Shown in pieces: positions 1-8,322 of a stretch of DNA of 64,000 nucleotides. Both the position numbers and the translations under genes were made by a program. This DNA is from Oscillospiraceae bacterium. GTDB lineage: Bacteria; Bacillota; Clostridia; Oscillospirales; Ruminococcaceae. The number at the start of each line of letters is the position of its first letter. The stretch's first letter is position 1. A model generated the notes under the pieces. That model was not told the origin of the DNA. It worked only from the letters and a program-made list of their open reading frames with translations, and did no database searches. Location: contig JAVBQQ010000013.1 in the NCBI GenBank assembly GCA_031548875.1, positions 16,227 through 80,226 on the forward strand. The letters run 5' to 3'.

Positions 1-1031
1 CCGCAGTTTGGGAACACGCAGCAGGCGCAGTTCAGGCAGAGGCCGCCGTGGCCCAGCCCGGCCAGGTCTTCAGCCGTAACGGGCAGGCCGGCCATCAGCC
101 GGGGCAGCACCAGGTCAAAGATGGTGCGCTTCGCGTACATCACGCAGCCGGGCAAGCCGCAGATCGGCACGTCCGGTCTTCCGCCCTCCCCCGGCAGGTA
201 CGCCAGCATGAACATGGCCCCCGGCAGCACCGGCGCCCCGTAAGACACCACGCGCGCCCCGGTGTTGCGTATGGCCAGCGGCGTTTTGTCATCGGGGTCC
301 ACGCTCATGCCCCCGGTGCAAAACACAGCTTCCGCCCCCTTGCCAACCAGCGAGAGGATGGCCTCGGTAACAGCGGCGGGGTCGTCGTCGCACAGCACCT
401 GCCCCACCTCTTCGCCAGCGCCAAATTCGGCCAGCTTGTCGCGTATCACGGGGGTAAAGGTGTCCTCTATGCGGCCCTTGAACACCTCGCTGCCGGTGGT
501 GACAATACCGTATTTCTTGGGCTGGTACGGGTGCAGCGCAAGGATGGCGCCCTTGCCGGCAGCGGTCTGCGCGCGCGCCATCTTCTCCTCGGCGATCACC
601 AACGGGATGATGCGCGTGCCGGCCAGATGGTCGCCCTTTTTCACCGGCGAGCCGCTGTGCCGCGTGGCGATCATCATCTCGCCCAGGCTGTTCACCCGGC
701 GCAGTTTTTCCACGTCCACCAGCAGCAGGCCGTCCGCGTCGGCCAGCACCTCTATCTTGCCCTCCTTCACCTCCGAAGGGCACAGGTGCGCGCCGTCGCC
801 GGCGCATATTTTGTACAGGAGGGGCGCCGCGTCGTTCTCGTGCAGCATGCCCTCCTCTTTTTCCCACACGTACAGGTTTTCCTTGCCCAGCCGCAGCAGG
901 TGGGGGATATCCTCTTTCGTAACCACATGCCCCTTGCGGAAGGCCGCGCCCTTGGTCACCCCGCGCACGATCTCGGTCACGTCGTGGCAGAGCACATGCC
1001 CTTCTGCGTCCTCGGTCCTGATCAGTTTCAT
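1..1031 (-). CDS. molybdopterin-binding (MoCF-biosynthesis, MoeA/MogA-like) domain protein; 3' end runs off the window
   Basis: Not in the ORF track because it is open to position 1. Manual reverse translation from ATG (complement of 1031-1029) reads MKLIRTEDAEGHVLCHDVTEIVRGVTKGAAFRKGHVVTKEDIPHLLRLGKENLYVWEKEE...KYGIVTTGSEVFKGRIEDTF...AVFCTGGMSVDPDDKTPLAIRN...ICGLPGCVMYAKRTIFD...GLCLNCACCVFPNCG. The GGMSVDPDD block is the molybdopterin-binding fold signature. The listed ORFs at 48-1193, 262-1056 and 289-867 are antisense or off-frame artefacts. Confidence 0.8.
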   Translation of the reverse strand, partial: MKLIRTEDAEGHVLCHDVTEIVRGVTKGAAFRKGHVVTKEDIPHLLRLGKENLYVWEKEEGMLHENDAAPLLYKICAGDGAHLCPSEVKEGKIEVLADADGLLLVDVEKLRRVNSLGEMMIATRHSGSPVKKGDHLAGTRIIPLVIAEEKMARAQTAAGKGAILALHPYQPKKYGIVTTGSEVFKGRIEDTFTPVIRDKLAEFGAGEEVGQVLCDDDPAAVTEAILSLVGKGAEAVFCTGGMSVDPDDKTPLAIRNTGARVVSYGAPVLPGAMFMLAYLPGEGGRPDVPICGLPGCVMYAKRTIFDLVLPRLMAGLPVTAEDLAGLGHGGLCLNCACCVFPNC

Positions 1032-1295
1032 TCGTCCACCGGTTTTCCTTGTGTAATGCCCCTTTTGGGGGGAGTTGTTTTGAAAAGCCACTCGAGTCAA
1101 ACCATTATACTATACCCCCGCCGTGTTTTTCAAGCCCCAATTTTGCAGTCTCCTCTTTTTCACCATTTTAAGATTTCACTTTGCCGCAAATAATGGTACA
1201 ATGGGGTTTGCGGCGTCGTGGCGTCTTGCAGATCCCCCATCGGCGGAGCTGCTGTCAGCTACGGCCCCCCGCGGGAAACGGACAGGGGAAGGGGG

Positions 1296-2444
1296 ATGCG
1301 GCCCGCTTTGACAAAAGCCTATTTTAAAGAGATGATGGAAGAGATGGGCGCGCGCTGCCTGGACGGCACGGCCTTCGGCGTGGCCGGCCGCCCCAAACCC
1401 GCAGTTGCCCGGCAAACAGCAGCGCAGCAGCTGTCTGAGGACGACGGGTTCGGCAGCTCCCGGAACGTTGCCGGCTACCCTTACAGCCTTGAACTGGATA
1501 CCGGCGCCAGGACGCCCGAGCTCACCTTGCGTCTCGTCGTCTCACAGAGCGCCCGGCCCGCCTGGCTGGCGCTGAAGGAAAAAAACAGCCGGCAGGTGCG
1601 CTGGTTCCACGAACCGGACGAGATGTCCGGCGGCGGGGTGCTGGGCGCGGTGCTGCGCCTGCCCGACGAGTTCTACGCCAAAGCCGCCGTGCACGGTGCG
1701 CTGGCCGACGCCGCGCAGGCGCTGCGGGCCGCCGGCCTTGCGCTGCCCGAGAAATGCCCCCTCTGCCAAAACGGCGGCTGCGATGTGTATGCCCAGCTTG
1801 GCGACGCATTCCGCCCGGCCCACACGGCCTGCCTGCAAACGCGGCTGGCTCTGCCCGAGGAAGACCACGTGACCCCCGTGCGCATACGCGGCAACTATTT
1901 CACCGGCATCCTCGGCGGCCTGCTGGGGGCGCTGGTCGGCGCGCTGCCCAGCTTTGCGCTGGCCATGGGGCAGATGCGCATCAGCGCGCCACTGTATGCG
2001 TTCATCCCCATTCTCTCGGCGCTCCTCTACCGGCTGCTGCGCGGCAAGGCAAGGCGCAACTTTTCGGCCGTGGTGGTGCTGCTGGCCAGCATTGGCACCG
2101 CCTTGCTGCTGGAGCTCATCTGGTACTGGCTTGTACAGGCCGTGGGCACCCAGTTTTCGGTCACCTTCTGGCAGACGAGCGCCCTGTACTTCGAAAACCA
2201 CACCCTGGCCCTCTCCCTCAGCGAGATGTGGGTGTGCCTCGTGGCACTGGCCATCGGGTTCATCCCGGCCGGCGTACTGCTGCGCGGATACGCCCACAGC
2301 CGCACCGAGGGCGGAGAGACCATCCGCGGCGCGGCCTATGTGCGGGCCAGCGCCATGCCCATCCGCCCGCCAGAAGAAACACAAGAACCGCCCGCCCCCG
2401 GCAAGGCGCCCGTCGAGGCCACCTATCTGGGCGCAGGCATCTAG
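1296..2444 (+). CDS. hypothetical membrane protein (soluble N-terminal domain with CPLC...C...HTAC motif, about 5 C-terminal TM segments)
   Basis: ORF 1218..2444. ATG at 1296 is preceded by GGGGAAGGGGG. The C-terminal half is hydrophobic (YFTGILGGLLGALVGALPSFALA..., VVVLLASIGTALLLELIWYWLV...). No family recognised; start uncertain. Confidence 0.55.
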   Translation: MRPALTKAYFKEMMEEMGARCLDGTAFGVAGRPKPAVARQTAAQQLSEDDGFGSSRNVAGYPYSLELDTGARTPELTLRLVVSQSARPAWLALKEKNSRQVRWFHEPDEMSGGGVLGAVLRLPDEFYAKAAVHGALADAAQALRAAGLALPEKCPLCQNGGCDVYAQLGDAFRPAHTACLQTRLALPEEDHVTPVRIRGNYFTGILGGLLGALVGALPSFALAMGQMRISAPLYAFIPILSALLYRLLRGKARRNFSAVVVLLASIGTALLLELIWYWLVQAVGTQFSVTFWQTSALYFENHTLALSLSEMWVCLVALAIGFIPAGVLLRGYAHSRTEGGETIRGAAYVRASAMPIRPPEETQEPPAPGKAPVEATYLGAGI

Positions 2445-2465
2445 GCAAGCAAAGGAGACCACCCC

Positions 2466-3692
2466 ATGGACTATCGACAGGATCCCTCCCAAAACCCTGC
2501 GCCGGGCCCTGCCCCCACACCCGGCCCCAGCCCCGCCAGCAGCAGTTCCGGCTACGGCGCTCCCGCTGCCGGGCGCGTGCCTTACACCGCAAACCCCGCC
2601 CCCAGTCCCATTTATGGCGGATCGCCCGCCCAACCCCAATGGCCCACCGGCGCACCGGGGCCATATACGCCAGCCTGGGCGCCCCCGCCGGCCGCCCAGG
2701 CCCACTCCAAAACCAAACGGCGCCCCCGCTCTCGCGCCATCGAGATCTCACTCATCGCCATTTCGCTGGTCATCGTGGTGCTGCTGGTGGGGGGCATCGC
2801 GGTGCTCCTCTCTGTGGCGGGCAGCCTTGGCAGCGCGTTCACACCCACGGCGTACAGCAACAACCCGCCCTCCAACAGTTTCTCGGTCATCCGCATCGAG
2901 GGCACCATCGCCGACACTGACGGCTCGAACGGCAGCTACAACCACAAGGCCACGCTGGAGCACATCAAAAGCCTTTCCGACAACACGAACAACAAGGGCA
3001 TCCTTTTGTACATGGATACGCCCGGAGGCGGCGTGTACGAGAGCGACGAGGTGTACCGCGCCCTCATGAACTACAAGGAACAGACCAGCCGCCCCGTATA
3101 CGCCTATATGGCCGCCACCTGCGCCTCTGGCGGGTACTACATCTGCATGGCGGCCGATTCCCTCACCGCCAACTACAACACCACCACCGGCTCCATCGGC
3201 GTGTACATCTCCCTCACTGACACAAGCGGCCTGTACGAAAAATTCGGCGTCAAATCGGTGCTGGTGCGCTCGGGCCCCAACAAGGGCGTGGGCACCCCGG
3301 GGGTGGAGATCACCCCCGAACAGCAGGCCGTGTACCAAAGCGCCGTGGACGAAAGCTATGCCCGGTTTGTGAGCCTGGTGGAAAGTGGCCGCGGGATGGA
3401 CGAAAAAACAGTGCTCAAGCTGTCCGACGGCCGCTCCTACACGGCCAGCCAGGCGCTGGACAACAACCTTGTGGACGAACTGGCCGACTGGGACACCGCC
3501 CTCGCCTCCTTCGAGGAGAAGACGGGTGCAAACCCCTTCTACACCGATTTTTCCGGTGCCACCGCCATCAGCAGCCTGCTCAGCAGCATCTCCGACATGC
3601 TGCCCCGCAGCGAGGCGGAGGTGGCCGTGGACTATGTGGAGCAGCTGCCCACCGGCGTGCCGCTGGCCTACGCGCCGGGCCTTGCGGCGTAG
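2466..3692 (+). CDS. sppA: signal peptide peptidase SppA (S49 family, 36K type) with Pro-rich N-terminal extension
   Basis: GILLYMDTPGGGVYESDEVYRALMNYKEQTSRPVYAYMAATCASGGYYICMAADSLTANYNTTTGSIGVY...LVRSGPNKG is typical S49/ClpP-fold SppA. A single TM segment (ISLIAISLVIVVLLVGGIAVLL) follows about 95 Pro/Ala/Gly-rich residues. Confidence 0.85.
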   Translation: MDYRQDPSQNPAPGPAPTPGPSPASSSSGYGAPAAGRVPYTANPAPSPIYGGSPAQPQWPTGAPGPYTPAWAPPPAAQAHSKTKRRPRSRAIEISLIAISLVIVVLLVGGIAVLLSVAGSLGSAFTPTAYSNNPPSNSFSVIRIEGTIADTDGSNGSYNHKATLEHIKSLSDNTNNKGILLYMDTPGGGVYESDEVYRALMNYKEQTSRPVYAYMAATCASGGYYICMAADSLTANYNTTTGSIGVYISLTDTSGLYEKFGVKSVLVRSGPNKGVGTPGVEITPEQQAVYQSAVDESYARFVSLVESGRGMDEKTVLKLSDGRSYTASQALDNNLVDELADWDTALASFEEKTGANPFYTDFSGATAISSLLSSISDMLPRSEAEVAVDYVEQLPTGVPLAYAPGLAA

Positions 3693-3855
3693 GCGCTTGA
3701 TGTTCAAGCCTGGCGAAGCGGATAAGACTGAACTTACAGCTCCCTGTCCGGCGCAAGTGGCGGGTATTTTTATCCGGACCCGATCCAGATCACTAGAATC
3801 CGGACCCCATTGGGCCAGCCGCTCATAAATCACTCATGAAAGGACGCCCCTCTCC

Positions 3856-4473
3856 ATGACCCACATCGGCACCCAAACCATACAAACGCCCCATCTTCTG
3901 CTGCGGCATTTCCGCGAACAAGATGCCCCGGCGATGTTCCAGAACTGGGCCAACGACCCGCGCGTGACCCGGTGGATGCGCTGGGAACCGCACAAAGACG
4001 CGGACGAAACGCGTACCATCCTGCGCGGGTGGGTGCCGGAATATGCCCGGCCAGACTACTACCACTGGTGCATCGCGCTGCGCGAAGGCCCGGCCGGCGA
4101 TTCTGAAATCCCAATCGGCTCCATCGGTGTGCTGCACAGCTTTGAATCGGACGACCCTCACCTGTGGGAGCCCGGTTACTGCATCGGCCTCCCCTGGTGG
4201 AACCACGGCTACACCACCGAGGCGCTCGAAGCTGTACTGGACTATTTCATACAAGGAACCGGCATCGCCGCGGGCGGGCCGGACAAGCTCATCTGCAGCC
4301 ACGCCACAGAAAACCCCGCCAGCGGCCGGGTGATGCAGAAGGCGGGCTTCGTGTACGAGCGCGAGGGCGTCTACCACAGGTTCGACGGCACGCCCGTGCC
4401 CGCCTGCTATTACGTCTATCCCCTGCCGGGGGCAACCCCCGCCACATCCATGGAAGGTGCCCATGAGCGATGA
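3856..4473 (+). CDS. GNAT family N-acetyltransferase (RimJ/RimL-like)
   Basis: TPHLLLRHFREQDAPAMFQNWANDPRVTRWMRWEPH...GYCIGLPWWNHGYTTEALEAVLDYF...NPASGRVMQKAGFVYE is an Acetyltransf_3-type pattern. Confidence 0.8.
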   Translation: MTHIGTQTIQTPHLLLRHFREQDAPAMFQNWANDPRVTRWMRWEPHKDADETRTILRGWVPEYARPDYYHWCIALREGPAGDSEIPIGSIGVLHSFESDDPHLWEPGYCIGLPWWNHGYTTEALEAVLDYFIQGTGIAAGGPDKLICSHATENPASGRVMQKAGFVYEREGVYHRFDGTPVPACYYVYPLPGATPATSMEGAHER

Positions 4474-5842
4474 TCGCGATAACAACCCGGAAGACAAACT
4501 AATCGAGTTCCCGGCCGGCCCGGTCGACTGGGAGGCTGGCGAAGGCGCCCCTGATGAAGGGGACGCCCTGTTCGTTGTGGCCGGCGCCGGCGACGAGCCC
4601 CGCAAAGCCCTGCTGCTGGCGTTGGACACCGGCCGCTACGACGCCGAGCGCAGCCTGCAGGAGCTGGCCGCCCTGGCCGAGGCCGACGGGTGCCAGCCGG
4701 TGGCCGAGGTGCTGCAAAAACGCCGCGCGCCCGACCCCGCCACCGCCCTGGGCGCCGGCCGCCTCGCCGAAGGCAGGCTGCTGGCCCGCAACCTGGGCGC
4801 ACAGCTCGCCATTTACGACGGCGAGCTCTCGGGCAGCCAGCTGCGCAACCTGGAAGAACACCTCGCCGTCCCGGTCATCGACCGCACGATGCTCATCCTG
4901 GACATCTTCGCCCGCCGGGCCACCACCCACGAGGGCAAGCTGCAAACCGAGCTTGCCACCCTGCAATATCGGTTGCCCCGGCTCTCGGGGCTTGGCGCCA
5001 GCCTGTCGCGCCAGGGGGGCGGCGGAGGCGGCGGAGGCGGCGCGCGCCGCGGCGGCGGCGAGACACAGCTGGAATACGACCGGCGGTACATCCGCCGCCG
5101 CATCGCGGTACTGAAAAAACGGCTGGAGACGGTCAGCGCCCGCCGGGGCGAGACCCGCCGCCTGCGCGAGAAGCGGGGGGTGCCGCTCATTGCGCTGGTG
5201 GGCTACACGAACGTGGGCAAATCCAGCCTGCTCAACGCCCTCACCGGCAGCTCCGCCACCGAGGCGGACATGCTGTTCGCCACGCTGGACCCCACCGCCC
5301 GCAGCCTCACGCTGCCCAGCGGGCAGGCTGTCATCCTCATCGATACGGTGGGCTTCGTCTCCCGCCTGCCGCACGAGCTGGTGGACTCCTTCAAAAGCAC
5401 GCTGGAGGAAGCCGTCTACGCCGACCTGCTGGTGAAGGTGTGCGATGCGGCGGATCCCGAATCCACCCAGCAACTGCGCACCACCGATGAAGTACTGGCC
5501 GAACTGGGCGCGCGGGCACCGCAACTGGTGGTGTACAACAAGGCGGACATAGTGCCCGGCTTCCTGCCGTACGACCCCGCCGCCCTGCCCGCGAGCGCCA
5601 AAACAGGCGAGGGCCTGCCCGCCCTGCTGGCCGCCATGGACGAAGCCCTCGCCCACCGCATGCGCCGGCTCTGCCTGTTGCTGCCCTATGAAAAGCTGGC
5701 CCTGGCCGACACGCTGCGCCGCCACGGCCACGTGGACATGGAGGACTTCCGCGCCGAAGGCGTTTACTTCGAAGCCAGTGTGCAGGCCGCCCACGCTCAC
5801 CTGTTCGAAGCGTACCTGTGCATGCCGGCCCCCGAAGCCTGA
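4463..5842 (+). CDS. hflX: GTPase HflX
   Basis: LDIFARRATTHEGKLQTELATLQYRLPRL...GETQLEYDRRYIRRRIAVLKKRLETVSARR...IALVGYTNVGKSSLLNALTG...DTVGFVSRLPHELVDSFKSTLEE. ATG at 4463 follows GGAAGG (the track starts at GTG 4457). Overlaps the GNAT stop. Confidence 0.9.
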   Translation: MSDDRDNNPEDKLIEFPAGPVDWEAGEGAPDEGDALFVVAGAGDEPRKALLLALDTGRYDAERSLQELAALAEADGCQPVAEVLQKRRAPDPATALGAGRLAEGRLLARNLGAQLAIYDGELSGSQLRNLEEHLAVPVIDRTMLILDIFARRATTHEGKLQTELATLQYRLPRLSGLGASLSRQGGGGGGGGGARRGGGETQLEYDRRYIRRRIAVLKKRLETVSARRGETRRLREKRGVPLIALVGYTNVGKSSLLNALTGSSATEADMLFATLDPTARSLTLPSGQAVILIDTVGFVSRLPHELVDSFKSTLEEAVYADLLVKVCDAADPESTQQLRTTDEVLAELGARAPQLVVYNKADIVPGFLPYDPAALPASAKTGEGLPALLAAMDEALAHRMRRLCLLLPYEKLALADTLRRHGHVDMEDFRAEGVYFEASVQAAHAHLFEAYLCMPAPEA

Positions 5843-5964
5843 ACTTGGCACAGCACTTGCCTTTGCACCCATTTTCGCGCTATACTGAAAACAGCAGGAC
5901 AACACGTAAAACCGGACGGGCGGAGTACACCCAACAGGCCTCTGCGCCGAGAAAGGAGCCGGCC

Positions 5965-6294
5965 ATGCAACCCACACAGGTCGTCGTCGCCGTCGTGACC
6001 GGCGCCATCTCCATCGCAGCTTTTGTCATCTGCGGCTTTCAGGCGCGGCAGCGCGGCCCCGTCTTCACGAATACCTGGCTGCTGGGCAACGCCCAGGAGC
6101 GCGAAAAGATCGATAAGCCCGCCGAGTACCGATTGGCACGCAACATCTTTTTTGGCGTCGGCATCGTGTTTGCGCTCTGCTGCGCCATGGTGCTCACCGG
6201 CCGGCAGTGGATCCTGTTCATCATCATCCCCGTCATCGTGGCTCTCGTCGCCTACGTCATCGTGGTGGGCGTGCGCAGCGGCGAGTGGCGCTGA
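5965..6294 (+). CDS. small integral membrane protein (3 predicted TM segments)
   Basis: ATG at 5965 is preceded by GAAAGGAG. Sequence MQPTQVVVAVVTGAISIAAFVICGF...IFFGVGIVFALCCAMVLTG...ILFIIIPVIVALVAYVIVVG. The upstream part of ORF 5818..6294 looks non-coding. Confidence 0.6.
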   Translation: MQPTQVVVAVVTGAISIAAFVICGFQARQRGPVFTNTWLLGNAQEREKIDKPAEYRLARNIFFGVGIVFALCCAMVLTGRQWILFIIIPVIVALVAYVIVVGVRSGEWR

Positions 6295-6310
6295 ATCTGA
6301 AAAAAAAGCG

Positions 6311-6340
6311 GAAGGCCGGGTGCCCATGCACCCGGCCTTC
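6311..6340. terminator. GC-rich hairpin between convergent genes (13-bp stem GAAGGCCGGGTGC/GCACCCGGCCTTC)
   Basis: Perfect 13-bp stem with loop CCAT. It is flanked by an A-run on the + strand, which is a T-run on the - strand, so it works best as the terminator of the minus-strand NfeD/SPFH operon. Confidence 0.7.
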
Positions 6341-6350
6341 TTGCGTCCAG

Positions 6351-7280
6351 CTAACTTTCCCCACCCGCCGCAGGCGTATCCGCCACCATCTCTTTGATGC
6401 TGGATACCAGCCCCGCCAGATTTTGAAGTTCGCTCGGCACGATTAGCTTGGTCGCGCGGCCGTCGGCCACCTTGGCCAGCGCCTCCAAGCTCTTTAGCGT
6501 CAATACCTTCTGAGTCGGGTCGGACGCATTCAGCAGCTTGATCGCATCGGCCACCGCCGTCTGCACGCTCAAGATGGCCTGCGCCTCGCCGTCCGCCTCG
6601 CGGATGCGCTGCTCGCGCACGGCGTCCGCCCGCAGAATGGCGCTCTCCTTTTCGCCCTCGGCCACCAGGATGGCGCTGCGCTTCTCGCCCTCCGCCCGCA
6701 GGATGGCCTCGCGCCGCTGGCGCTCCGCCTTCATCTGCTTCTCCATCGCGTCCTGTATCTCGGACGGCGGTAGGATGTTCTTCAACTCCACCCGGTTCAC
6801 CTTGATGCCCCACTTGTCGGTGGCCTCATCCAGCGTGGCTGTGATCTTGGTGTTGATGATATCCCGGCTTGTGAGCGTGTGATCCAGCTCCATCTCACCA
6901 ATGATGTTGCGCAGCGTGGTGGCCGTCAGATTCTCGATGGCCGAGATGGGGCGCTCCACGCCGTAGGTGTACAGCTTCGCGTCGGTCACCTGGAAGAAGA
7001 CGACCGTGTCGATCTGCATGGTCACGTTGTCCCGCGTGATGACCGGCTGTGGCTTGAAGTCCACCACCTGCTCCTTCAACGATACCTTTTTGGAGATACG
7101 CTCGAAGAAAGGTATCTTGAAATGCAGGCCGGCCTCCCAACTGGCATTGTACACGCCCATGCGCTCGATGACATAGCAGACACTTTGCGAGACGATGCGG
7201 ATGTTGGTGACCACCAGCAAAATGATAATGAGCACGACGACGCCCAGTGCGATATAAGGCGCGATATTTGGTACGTTCAT
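6351..7280 (-). CDS. SPFH/Band 7 (stomatin/slipin-like) membrane protein
   Basis: N-terminal TM, then IVSQSVCYVIERMGVYNASWEAGLHFKIPFFERISKKVSLKEQVVDF...VTMQIDTVVFFQVTD...RDIINTKI...WGIKVNRVELKNILPPSEIQDAMEKQMKAERQRREAIL. Confidence 0.9.
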   Translation of the reverse strand: MNVPNIAPYIALGVVVLIIILLVVTNIRIVSQSVCYVIERMGVYNASWEAGLHFKIPFFERISKKVSLKEQVVDFKPQPVITRDNVTMQIDTVVFFQVTDAKLYTYGVERPISAIENLTATTLRNIIGEMELDHTLTSRDIINTKITATLDEATDKWGIKVNRVELKNILPPSEIQDAMEKQMKAERQRREAILRAEGEKRSAILVAEGEKESAILRADAVREQRIREADGEAQAILSVQTAVADAIKLLNASDPTQKVLTLKSLEALAKVADGRATKLIVPSELQNLAGLVSSIKEMVADTPAAGGES

Positions 7281-7292
7281 ACAAAGCCTCCT

Positions 7293-7772
7293 CTACCCCT
7301 CTTTGTTTTCGGATGTGCTTTCCTCTTTTCCCAAAGGCGCGTCCAGCGGCGATACCAACAGCTTCACGCCCTCGATGCCCTCCACCCGGCACCAGCTTCC
7401 CACCGGCAACACCACGTCGGCCTTGGCCGTCCATTCCAGGCCCTCCAGCTTCACGCGGCCAAACCGGTCAGGCTGCACCTCAGCCACCACCTGTGCCGTT
7501 TTGCCAACATTGGCATCGGCGTTCGTCGGGGTGTGCCGCCCCCGCATAAAACGGCGGGCAAAGGGCCGCAACGCCAGCAGCGCCACGATGCTGACCGCCA
7601 AAAAAACGGCAAACTGTATCACCAACGCACCCGGCGCAAACAACGATACCAAAAATGCCACCAACGCCCCCAGAAAGAACCACACGCTCACCAGCGTGGA
7701 CGTCAGCATCTCCACCACAATGAACAGGACGATGAGTACGATCCAGATGATCTGTACGAGCTCCACAAGCAC
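7293..7772 (-). CDS. NfeD family membrane protein (partner of SPFH)
   Basis: Three to four TM segments, then a C-terminal OB-like tail VGKTAQVVAEVQPDRFGRVKLEGLEWTAKADVVLPVGSWCRVEGIEGVKLLV. Located 12 nt upstream of the SPFH gene in the classic operon order. Confidence 0.85.
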   Translation of the reverse strand: MLVELVQIIWIVLIVLFIVVEMLTSTLVSVWFFLGALVAFLVSLFAPGALVIQFAVFLAVSIVALLALRPFARRFMRGRHTPTNADANVGKTAQVVAEVQPDRFGRVKLEGLEWTAKADVVLPVGSWCRVEGIEGVKLLVSPLDAPLGKEESTSENKEG

Positions 7773-7995
7773 CTCCCCTTCCCTCAGTCTTTAAGGAAAG
7801 TATACCAAACGCCCCGCCAAAACGCAAAACGGCCACCAAACGCAAAACCTCGTCCGACACTCGTTTGAGGACGTCTCCAACGCTCCAGCACCTCATCGCT
7901 CCCCCGGACGCGCCCTTGCACACACACGCTTGCGCCCACACGCAGATTGTGATAAAATATCATGAAAACTGGCGACAGATCATGCGCCATCATAA

Positions 7996-8071
7996 GCTGG
8001 TGTAGCTCAGTTGGTAGAGCAATTGATTTGTAATCAATAGGTCGGGGGTTCAAGTCCGTCCACCAGCTCCA
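7996..8071 (+). tRNA. tRNA-Thr (anticodon UGU), CCA encoded
   Basis: GCTGGTG-TA-GCTC-AGTTGGTA-GAGC-A-ATTGA-TTTGTAA-TCAAT-AGGTC-GGGGG-TTCAAGT-CCGTC-CACCAGC-T-CCA. The acceptor, D and anticodon stems pair perfectly. The T stem has one G-G mismatch (see findings). Confidence 0.9.
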
Positions 8072-8250
8072 CGATGTACCGTTGAAACTGTATGGTTTCG
8101 GCGGTGCTTTTTTGTTGCCTATGGATGCAATGGTCAAGTTTTGGTCAAGTTGCCCACGCAAAAGTCCAGTGCCAGTGAAAGAGACGCATATCAAATTGAT
8201 TTATATCTTTTGACTGTTTCTATTCATCTGACTAAAAAAATTAGCACAAA

Positions 8251-8282
8251 ACTCACTGGATACCGCATGGTATCCAGTGAGT
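8251..8282 (-). terminator. intrinsic terminator of the cotH operon
   Basis: Stem ACTCACTGGATACC/GGTATCCAGTGAGT. On the minus strand it is followed by TTTTGTGCTAATTTTTTT. Lies 40 nt downstream of the cotH stop. Confidence 0.75.
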
Positions 8283-8322
8283 AGTATTGTTGATTCATTG
8301 AAAAAACGTAGATCTCTTGCAT

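Noticed and set aside
48-1193. Long + strand ORFs (381 aa and 264 aa) and the 192-aa minus-strand ORF at the left edge
   Set aside because: They have Arg/Gly/Ala/Pro/His-rich, low-information composition. The opposite-strand frame encodes a clean molybdopterin-binding protein with recognisable motifs, so these are antisense or off-frame artefacts of high GC content.
1542-3833. Overlapping ORFs 1542..2705(-), 1754..2920(+), 1954..3069(+) and 2748..3833(-), 360-390 aa each
   Set aside because: They overlap the membrane protein and sppA genes in other frames, with Arg/Pro/Gly-dominated nonsense composition and no motifs.
4499-5977. 492-aa minus-strand ORF
   Set aside because: It is antisense to hflX, which has unambiguous GTPase motifs.
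7784-8194. 136-aa minus-strand ORF spanning the tRNA
   Set aside because: It simply translates the complement of tRNA-Thr and its flanking non-coding DNA.
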